A stretch of 33,315 nt of DNA from Pseudomonadota bacterium (lineage in GTDB: Bacteria > Desulfobacterota > JADFVX01). Below, piece after piece: positions 25,928 through 33,315 of this stretch. How positions within the stretch are numbered: the stretch's first letter is position 1; each line of letters begins with the position of its first letter. A program made the translations under genes and the position numbers. Location of the stretch: contig JADFVM010000169.1 of NCBI GenBank assembly GCA_015222555.1, forward strand, positions 1 through 33,315. The letters run 5' to 3'. The notes below the pieces were generated by a model that ran no database searches, had not been told where the DNA came from, and saw only the letters and a program-made list of their open reading frames with translations.

Positions 25928-28698
25928 AGATTTCCTTCTCCGATAAGATCTGTAACAGCATTAAGAAAGGTATTGTCGTGAAAGCTGCCTTTCGTCAGAT
26001 AATAATCTGCGCCTGCGTCGAGACCGCGCCTGCGGTCTTCCGCCCTTTCCTTATAAGATACAATGATAACGGGAATAGAACTGAAGTTGCGGTCACTTTT
26101 GATCAAACGTACCAGTTCAAAACCGTCCATGCGCGGCATGTCAATATCGCTGATGATGAGGTCATAGTTCTGGTATGATCGAATGGCGTTCCAGCCGTCC
26201 CTTCCGTCTACGGCAATATCCACACTGTAACCTGCTTTTTCCAAAAGGTTGCGCTCCACTTCACGAACGGTGAGAGAGTCGTCCACCACCAGGATATGCT
26301 TGCGTTCTTCCTCTAAAGCTTCACTTAATGTGCGCTGCACTTTACCGATGCGATCTTTTTTTACAAGCGAGTCTACAGAATATACCAGATCATCTACATC
26401 AATGATCAAGACAGGTGAACCATCTTCAAGAAGCGCGGTGGCGCTAATATCGTCTATTTTACCAAGAAGTGGATCAAGGGTCTGCACGGCAAGTTCCTTT
26501 TGACCAATGAAGCGGTCAACCACAACGCCGTAGGTTTTTTCATGAGTACCAATTATTACGACAGACATCTCCTCCCCCTCAACTAGCTGCGATCCAAAAC
26601 CAAAGACAAGTGATGCTCCAACAATGCCTATGTTCTGACCATCTATACTGATGAACTGGTGGTCTTCAAGTACTTCGACATGATTGGAGGGGATTTTTAC
26701 GGCGTGATTGATCCGTGCCAGGGGAAAGGCGTAGGGTTCTCCGGCAATGTCCACAATCAATGTCGACATAACAGAAAGAGTTATAGGTAATTGCAGATGG
26801 AAACATGTGCCCTTTCCCAGTTCTGTCGTTGTTTTGATTGCCCCATGCATGGCCTGAATTGTGTCCAGCACGACATCGAGACCCACACCTCTACCAGACA
26901 GGTCTGTCACTTCATCCCTTGTTGAGAAGCGTGGAAGAAAAAGAAAGTCTAACAGCTCTTCTTCGCTTAGGTTTGCGCCCATCTCAGGTGTTACCTGACC
27001 TTTTTCAATGACCTTCTTTCTCAAATGGTCCAGATCTATACCACGTCCGTCATCTTCAATGATAATGGATAACATGCCATTACTATGTGTCGCAGTCAGC
27101 CGTATTAGTGCCTGTTCCGGTTTCTCTGACTCAAGACGCTCTTCCGGTGATTCAATGCCGTGGTCAATTGCATTACGCAAAAGATGGTTAAGAGGGGCTT
27201 CCATCTTTTCAAGAACATCTCTGTCCACCTGTGTAGCAAGCCCATTAATCTCAAGTCGGATCTTTTTCCCTAGTGACTTTGCAATATCGCGTACCATACG
27301 TTGAAAACCGTGGACACCATCTAAAAAAGGACGCATGCGTGTCACGATGGTTTCACGATGCAAGCGTTCAGACAGGTTAGTTATTCGTTGGTCATAGCTG
27401 TCAAGTTCACTTATCTGCTCGGAGAGTATTTGCCGGCATTTTACTGCCTTGGCTTGGGCCGCGTGCACCTGCTGTGATACAGTTTCACGGGCATGCAGGT
27501 CGTCCAACGTGTCTCTAAGGGAGTCAAGAACCTCGACCAGCTCAGTATGTTCGTGCTTTAATCTGCCCAGCGAAGACACATAGGGGTGCAACCATCCCGC
27601 TTCAACCTTAACTTCTCCGGCAAGGCTCATCAGGTAATTCCATCGTTCCGCGGTGACGCGCAGAACACGGTCTTTTTCTGCCTCTCCCTTGCTCTTTTTT
27701 GCAGGCTTTGCTTCGGTTTGTGATGATTGTTCGATTTGAGGTGATGTATTAGTTTCGGTGATTAAAATGCTGTCCTGAATCTCCTTTAGTGAGGCGTCAT
27801 CCTTTGATTTGATAAAACCGAGTGCTTTAAGAAGGTTTCCCAGACTATCGCCATGTTTTGTCCCCCAGTTGGCTATCTCATTTTCAGATAGTTTTGCAAT
27901 GGAGGTAATGGCATCAACCCCGGCAAGTAGCACATCGACGTAATCTGCATTGAGCGTAATATCAGAATTCTGGGCGGCAACAAAGACATCTTCCATGATA
28001 TGGGCCAGTTGCACCACCGGGTCGACACCCACCAGACGGGCGGCGCCTTTGACGGAGTGGGCGGCACGCATGAGCGCCTCCAGCCTTTTGGCAGCCGTGG
28101 GGTCTTCCTCCAGCGCCAGAAGAGATTCTGTGATAATTTTCCCCTGATCGGCCACTTCGGTGCGGAAGAGATCAATCATAGACGCATTGGCCAAATCAAC
28201 AGTTCTGTCGGCCGGTTGTTCCGCCTCGGTCTCTGCGGCTACTTCCTCCTTTTTTGATGAACGTGACGAAGGTTTCTCGGATATGGCCGTGCCAGGCTTG
28301 ATATCACCGATAGCGCCGACGATATCATCCATTTCTTTTTTGTGACTGTCTTCCCATCCCTTGATTTCTTCCTCGGAAAGTTCTGAAATCGAAGTGATCA
28401 GGTCATTGCCGCTTAACAGTATATCTACATGGTCGCTAGTAAGCACTATTTCTGCATTTTGAGCAGCGACAAAGGCATCTTCCATGACGTGGGCCAGTTT
28501 CACCACAGGATCGATACCAACAAGACGAGCGGCGCCTTTAACGGAATGAGCGGCACGCATTAGCGCCTCCAGGCGATCGGCAGCACTGGGGTCTTCCTCC
28601 AGTGCAAGCAGCCCGTCTGTTATGATTTTACCCTGTTCACCAACCTCTGTGCGGAACAGGTCAATCATGGAAAAATTACTTAGATCATCATTTGCCAT
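25924..28698 (-). CDS. wspE: WspE/CheA hybrid kinase with two Hpt domains, HATPase, CheW and REC
   Basis: MRAAHSVKGAAR twice, HLLRNAIDHGIE, EDDGRG, SGRGVGLDVV, a CheW domain, and C-terminal REC ending YYLTKGSFHD. Confidence 0.93.
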   Translation of the reverse strand: MANDDLSNFSMIDLFRTEVGEQGKIITDGLLALEEDPSAADRLEALMRAAHSVKGAARLVGIDPVVKLAHVMEDAFVAAQNAEIVLTSDHVDILLSGNDLITSISELSEEEIKGWEDSHKKEMDDIVGAIGDIKPGTAISEKPSSRSSKKEEVAAETEAEQPADRTVDLANASMIDLFRTEVADQGKIITESLLALEEDPTAAKRLEALMRAAHSVKGAARLVGVDPVVQLAHIMEDVFVAAQNSDITLNADYVDVLLAGVDAITSIAKLSENEIANWGTKHGDSLGNLLKALGFIKSKDDASLKEIQDSILITETNTSPQIEQSSQTEAKPAKKSKGEAEKDRVLRVTAERWNYLMSLAGEVKVEAGWLHPYVSSLGRLKHEHTELVEVLDSLRDTLDDLHARETVSQQVHAAQAKAVKCRQILSEQISELDSYDQRITNLSERLHRETIVTRMRPFLDGVHGFQRMVRDIAKSLGKKIRLEINGLATQVDRDVLEKMEAPLNHLLRNAIDHGIESPEERLESEKPEQALIRLTATHSNGMLSIIIEDDGRGIDLDHLRKKVIEKGQVTPEMGANLSEEELLDFLFLPRFSTRDEVTDLSGRGVGLDVVLDTIQAMHGAIKTTTELGKGTCFHLQLPITLSVMSTLIVDIAGEPYAFPLARINHAVKIPSNHVEVLEDHQFISIDGQNIGIVGASLVFGFGSQLVEGEEMSVVIIGTHEKTYGVVVDRFIGQKELAVQTLDPLLGKIDDISATALLEDGSPVLIIDVDDLVYSVDSLVKKDRIGKVQRTLSEALEEERKHILVVDDSLTVREVERNLLEKAGYSVDIAVDGRDGWNAIRSYQNYDLIISDIDMPRMDGFELVRLIKSDRNFSSIPVIIVSYKERAEDRRRGLDAGADYYLTKGSFHDNTFLNAVTDLIGEGNL

Positions 28699-28700
28699 TC

Positions 28701-29387
28701 TTACTGAAGGCTCCTCTCTATCTGGGAAATCAATAAGTCCTCATCGATGCAACCCACAGATTTGCCGTCATACTTGATAATACCCCGCATATAACTTGCC
28801 AGTGAATCTGATAAAGTCTTGGGCAGCGCTTCCATCTCTTCCCCTTTGAAATGATAAATACCAATGATTTCAGTGACGGGAAATGCAAATCGTTTACCTT
28901 CTTTTTCAAGAACAAGCAAACGTTTGAATTTGGCGTGGCTTTCTTCATCATAATCACGCTCACCCTTTGAAAGACCGAGTATTGCGCCAAGAGAAAAGCA
29001 GGGTTGAACCTCTCCAGCCGAACTAACAACACCCTTTAAGATTGAATTCTTGTTATGGGGTAGCCTGTGGATTTTAGACATCTTTGTGATTTCTCTGCAA
29101 AGATTTGCAGCAAGCGTTACCCATTCGTCACCGATACGGAAGATAATAACCGCCCGTGTTTCAGATAATGCATCATCTTTATCCCCTGAAAGTACACTAG
29201 TCCATTCCCTGCGGTAATCCTCAGGCACACGTTGCTCATAAACTTCAAGGCTGGCCGCATGAAAGACATCGCAGTTGCGGCAGTGAATGACAGTTTCAAG
29301 TTCCGGACAACGTGGTGTCTCTGTTCCCCAGACACCAATCCGTTGCCAGCAATTTTCTCTATCAAGGTTTTTCTTTTTCTTAGCCAT
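28701..29387 (-). CDS. wspD: WspD CheW-like adaptor
   Basis: N-terminal CWQRIGVWG...CPEL...IHCRNC motif followed by a CheW domain (IHRLPH). Confidence 0.92.
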   Translation of the reverse strand: MAKKKKNLDRENCWQRIGVWGTETPRCPELETVIHCRNCDVFHAASLEVYEQRVPEDYRREWTSVLSGDKDDALSETRAVIIFRIGDEWVTLAANLCREITKMSKIHRLPHNKNSILKGVVSSAGEVQPCFSLGAILGLSKGERDYDEESHAKFKRLLVLEKEGKRFAFPVTEIIGIYHFKGEEMEALPKTLSDSLASYMRGIIKYDGKSVGCIDEDLLISQIERSLQ

Positions 29388-29417
29388 TGTTTATGATTTC
29401 CATCTCCTTCTCTGAAG

Positions 29418-30737
29418 CTATGACCCTGCCTTTTTGTCCTCTCTTCTTTTGACTCGTTCTGCGCGAGTTCTGAATCCTTCCGCTTTATTGAGATCACCCA
29501 TCCGCTCAGACAAAGTGGCTAAATAGGTGAGGGCTTCATAAAATGTCGGATCAAGATAAACAGCCTTTCTTAGGTACTCATCAGCCTGGTAGGCATCACC
29601 CATGGAATCCACTGCTTTACCGAGAATGAAATAGACTTGTGCTGACACAGCGTCCTCTTTTATCAGTTCTTCACATAGGGCAACCGTTTCCTTAAAGGCA
29701 CCCTCATCGGCCAACCTGATGGCTTCAGCAATTTTAGCTTCAGCATGGGAGGGCTGCTTTTCATTACTTTCATCCCTACGCTTCATGAGCGGGGGCTTTG
29801 CCGTCAGAGATTCAATCTTTGTGAGGGGCGGCGTCTTTCCCGGGACTGTTTGTTTCTTTTCCGGATCGGTTTGAATTTGAATTTTACTTCTTTCCCTCTG
29901 AATGGGTGTAGAAATATTGAGAAGGGCATTAATCCTTTTTGCCTCTTTTATTTTTGCAAAAGAAAAGGCCATGGGATAATCCAGTTGATCAAATCGATGG
30001 GTAGATAAACTTGCCGTTTCTGCATGACCAACAAAAAGAACACCGTCGCTGCAGAGTAATTGCGATAATGCTGCAATCGCCTTTTTCTTTGCCGATTCGT
30101 CAAAATAGATCAAAAGATTTCGGCAGAATATAACATCGTAACAGTCACGGTCAGAGACAAAATCATGGGCAAGCAGATTGCCCTGCTGAAAATTGACAGC
30201 GCCATGAACCTTATCTTTCAGGCGATATTCTTCGCCTTCTTTCGAAAAATGACGCTCACGAAAGTCGAGATCCTTCCCGCGGAATGAATAAGCGCGAAAT
30301 AATCCCGACTTAGCCGACTTGATAAACTGATCACTAATATCGACAGCGTCTATTTGAAACTGATCACTGTTCAGGCCCATATCGAAGAGAAGCATGGCAA
30401 TGGAATAGGGTTCCTCACCGGTAGAACAGGGAGCGCTCAGTATCCGTAATGGAGAAGTAGGCTCAATGTTTGTCCTGAATTGTCTGACATATTGCCCCAG
30501 TGCTGTAAATGGTGTTCTGTCACGAAAAAAGAATGTTTCCGGGATGACGACGGCCTCAGTGAGTTTTCGCAGTTCAGATGGATCATTGTTAAGCCTTTTA
30601 AGGTAATCATAAACGCTAGAGGAGCCACATTCGGACATGCACTTATGAATGTGCTTTTCAACTGTTGAAATGCCAATGGACTGAGCATTAAGTCCAATTT
30701 GATCTTCTAATAATTTTAAAACCAGTGTGATATCCAT
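29418..30737 (-). CDS. wspC: WspC CheR methyltransferase with C-terminal TPR
   Basis: VVIPETFFFRD, LSAPCSTGEEPYSIAM, IFCRNLLIYFD, and TPR LRKAVYLDP. Confidence 0.93.
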   Translation of the reverse strand: MDITLVLKLLEDQIGLNAQSIGISTVEKHIHKCMSECGSSSVYDYLKRLNNDPSELRKLTEAVVIPETFFFRDRTPFTALGQYVRQFRTNIEPTSPLRILSAPCSTGEEPYSIAMLLFDMGLNSDQFQIDAVDISDQFIKSAKSGLFRAYSFRGKDLDFRERHFSKEGEEYRLKDKVHGAVNFQQGNLLAHDFVSDRDCYDVIFCRNLLIYFDESAKKKAIAALSQLLCSDGVLFVGHAETASLSTHRFDQLDYPMAFSFAKIKEAKRINALLNISTPIQRERSKIQIQTDPEKKQTVPGKTPPLTKIESLTAKPPLMKRRDESNEKQPSHAEAKIAEAIRLADEGAFKETVALCEELIKEDAVSAQVYFILGKAVDSMGDAYQADEYLRKAVYLDPTFYEALTYLATLSERMGDLNKAEGFRTRAERVKRREDKKAGS

Positions 30738-30774
30738 GGGCTACAATATTTTTAAAGTTGCCGGTGGCAAGACG

Positions 30775-31239
30775 CTAGTCATCTGACGATTCGCCTTTAA
30801 ACAAGATCTCGTAGGCCTCTTCCGGAAGTAGTTTTGCTATATTTATCCTTTGGGCAACACCCTTGTCATCGGTGGCAACACTATCGAGATAGGGCTCCTC
30901 TTCAAGATTGACACCTGAACTTGAAAACTCACTTTCATCCCAATTGACGGTTTCTGTTAAATGTTCATTGAGTATGCCTATGCAAAACTGCTGGCCATCG
31001 TCCTTATTATAGTTTGTCAGGACGATTCTCGAACTTAACTTGGGTTCACATTTTTTGTCAGTCATTAAATAGCAAACGTCTATGACGGGAATAGTTTTCC
31101 CTCTATAGTTCAAAAGACCAGCAACATAGGAAGGCGCTTTCGGGATCTTCTTCAGATGAACAAAGGGGATGATCTCTATCACATTTTTTGCTTCAAGGAG
31201 GTAGCGGTCATCACCCGATTTGAATTGCAGAAAGAGCAT
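30775..31239 (-). CDS. wspB: WspB CheW-like adaptor
   Basis: MLFLQF start, AGLLNYRG..IPVID and LSSRIVL. Lies between the MCP and cheR genes. Confidence 0.92.
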   Translation of the reverse strand: MLFLQFKSGDDRYLLEAKNVIEIIPFVHLKKIPKAPSYVAGLLNYRGKTIPVIDVCYLMTDKKCEPKLSSRIVLTNYNKDDGQQFCIGILNEHLTETVNWDESEFSSSGVNLEEEPYLDSVATDDKGVAQRINIAKLLPEEAYEILFKGESSDD

Positions 31240-31247
31240 GATATTAA

Positions 31248-33263
31248 TCAAGAATTATCTTTGACTTTAAACTTGATAACACCGCCTTGCAGGGTGTGCG
31301 CAGCGTCATTGAGCTGCATAATCGCCTCATTGGATTCCTTCAGTGATTCCACCGTTTGCTGCGCTGCTTCATTAAGTTGAATCATGGATTGATTGATATG
31401 TCCTGCCCCTTCGGCCTGGAACTGCATACCCTGATGTACAGTTTCAAACCGTGGCGTTAAGGTCTGAACCTGTTCAATTATCTGGCCAAGCTGTGAAGCC
31501 ACTTCTCTAACATTGTTGACACTATGTCGCACCTGCTCGGAAAATTTCTCCATACTCATAACACCTGATGATACAGCTGTTTGCATTTCTTTTACCATCT
31601 GTTCTATATCAAGTGTGGCAACGGCAGTCTGATCGGCAAGGCGGCGAATTTCCTTGGCAACTACGGAGAAGCCAAATCCATATTCACCCGCTTTCTCGGC
31701 CTCGATGGCGGCATTGAGTGAGAGAAGGTTTGTTTGATCGGCCACCTTTGTTATTGTCGTAACAACAGTGCTAATATTGCCGGCCTTTTCATTAAGTACT
31801 TCAAATTTAGATGAGATTGTTCCTGCCGCTTCAACAATGTTATTCATTGTTGATTCCATGCTTTCCAGACCTGTTTGACCGACTTCTGCAGCCGTGGCTG
31901 TGCTTTCTGCAACATTGGAAACTTCATCCATGGTGGTGACCAGTTCCTTTGACGTCGCTGAGATTTCTGTTGCCGTTGTTACGATTTCATTGGTCGTTGC
32001 CGCCTGCTCGGCAACGGTGGCTTCCTGTTGCTTAGCTGTTGCTGCAATAGAGTTTGCGGCAGATGCCAGTTGGATGCCGGATCGCTGTACCTGGGTGACC
32101 AGTCCATTGAGATTGCCTATCATTCGCTGCATTCCATCGCCCAGCTGGAATATAGCATCATCACCTTCAATTTCTATTTTGCCTGTAAGGTCTCCCTCAG
32201 CGGCCTTGGTGACGACGCCAAGAATCATGTCAACACGCTGCTGCAGAGATTCCATTGTTCTTACCTTCTCTTCGCTCGCTTCGCTGATATAGGTAATCAT
32301 GTTTTGCAGCTGCTTTGCCAGTTCGCCTATGGCATCTGTTCCAGAAAAGCTGACTTCTACTGAATAGTTGCCCTGGGCAACCTTGTTAACAACTCGCAAT
32401 AAATCATCGACCTTTGCTCTCATCTCTTCTGCCGCAGCATGCTCCCTCTTCATACGTTCCTGTTCGCGAGCGGCAGCCTCATCGTTGCTGTCAGACATAT
32501 GATTAAATGCAATAGCCAGTTTGCCCAATTCATCTTCTGTCGAGACAGGGACGGCCCTGGCGTCCAGTTCCCCATTTGCTCTTCTGTTGACTACATCCAT
32601 GAGGCTGTTTAAGGGAGTGATGATCCAGAATTTAAACAGAAGGTTCACCAGGAGGAGACCTATAATGAAGAAGGCGGTACTGCCACCGATTGACATCCAG
32701 AGTTCGTGATTAACTGCATCATAAATTTCATCGAGAGAGAAGCTGATGCGAACAGCGCCGTTAATATCGCCATCCTTAACATCATGGCACTGGAGGCAGT
32801 TTACACCGGCTGTGTCTTCAGTTGCCTTGAAGGGTGTAATGACGACGAGAGTCCTCTTCCCATTGGTCTCAATGATTTCATGTATTTCCTCTCCTCTTAA
32901 TGCACGCGCATCCAGGTTGTCCCTGGGCGCGCTTCCCGGCGTACCCGGACCATATTGATTTTTAACGGGATCCCCGCGGAGTGACCTTGCTTCTATTACT
33001 CCCTTACGTGCAAGCATTTTTTTACTGATTATCTCGCGCTGGTCCATTGTGCCTGTGAGCATCATCGTATTCAAACTGTCAAAATACATGGTGGTTAAGT
33101 CTCTTGTCTGCTCCTGCACCTGTTCCATTAGCACTGCTTGCTCCCGCGTGACGTTATAAGTTGTAAGCAAAGCGATGACAATGGCAAAAATGAAGGCCAC
33201 GGAAAAGTTGACTTTTGATCTGATAGGTAAGCGATTAATAAACTCCAGGCGGTTTAAAATCAT
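31248..33263 (-). CDS. wspA: WspA-like methyl-accepting chemoreceptor with a periplasmic CXXCH domain and multiple HAMPs
   Basis: Two TMs flank a periplasmic domain containing CLQCH, followed by about three HAMP-like repeats. The signalling hairpin VADQTNLLSLNAAIEAEKAGEYG.GFSVVA.EIRRLADQT is WspA-type. Confidence 0.9.
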   Translation of the reverse strand: MILNRLEFINRLPIRSKVNFSVAFIFAIVIALLTTYNVTREQAVLMEQVQEQTRDLTTMYFDSLNTMMLTGTMDQREIISKKMLARKGVIEARSLRGDPVKNQYGPGTPGSAPRDNLDARALRGEEIHEIIETNGKRTLVVITPFKATEDTAGVNCLQCHDVKDGDINGAVRISFSLDEIYDAVNHELWMSIGGSTAFFIIGLLLVNLLFKFWIITPLNSLMDVVNRRANGELDARAVPVSTEDELGKLAIAFNHMSDSNDEAAAREQERMKREHAAAEEMRAKVDDLLRVVNKVAQGNYSVEVSFSGTDAIGELAKQLQNMITYISEASEEKVRTMESLQQRVDMILGVVTKAAEGDLTGKIEIEGDDAIFQLGDGMQRMIGNLNGLVTQVQRSGIQLASAANSIAATAKQQEATVAEQAATTNEIVTTATEISATSKELVTTMDEVSNVAESTATAAEVGQTGLESMESTMNNIVEAAGTISSKFEVLNEKAGNISTVVTTITKVADQTNLLSLNAAIEAEKAGEYGFGFSVVAKEIRRLADQTAVATLDIEQMVKEMQTAVSSGVMSMEKFSEQVRHSVNNVREVASQLGQIIEQVQTLTPRFETVHQGMQFQAEGAGHINQSMIQLNEAAQQTVESLKESNEAIMQLNDAAHTLQGGVIKFKVKDNS

Positions 33264-33315
33264 AACAGTTCTCCTTTTATATATTTCAAAAAACTTTTCG
33301 TAATAAGATGTTAAA

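Noticed and set aside
1-33315. CRISPR arrays, tRNA/rRNA genes, prophage or defence systems
   Set aside because: I saw no regularly spaced repeats, structural RNA signatures or recognisable phage/defence proteins. A covariance-model scan would be needed to exclude small RNAs.

Overview
A 33.3-kb bacterial chromosomal window. The gene types (deltaproteobacterial-style RdgC, several c-type cytochromes) suggest a Desulfobacterota-like organism, but this is inference only. In order it holds: the 3' end of an Rrf2 regulator; an unannotated 28-aa membrane peptide gene; a TolC/MacA/ATPase/MacB-type ABC export operon; an IS110 remnant; a tandem diheme four-helix-bundle cytochrome; rdgC; a probable leader-peptide attenuator before an EamA transporter; a moeB-rhodanese / UshA-like tetraheme cytochrome / DsbA-like cluster; uridine phosphorylase; a YqgE/AlgH protein with a signal peptide; nested IS scars; PilZ and YrhB/Imm35-like genes; a cardiolipin synthase; an mlaA-mlaC-MMPL lipid-transport operon; and a complete wspABCDEFR operon. 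The most interesting items are (1) a Wsp c-di-GMP pathway whose receptor has a periplasmic c-type heme motif and whose kinase has two Hpt domains, (2) the MoeB-rhodanese + CGC-motif multiheme + DsbA cluster, (3) the attenuator, and (4) the small membrane peptide behind a direct-repeat promoter. All family assignments come from motif recognition by eye; no database searches were run.
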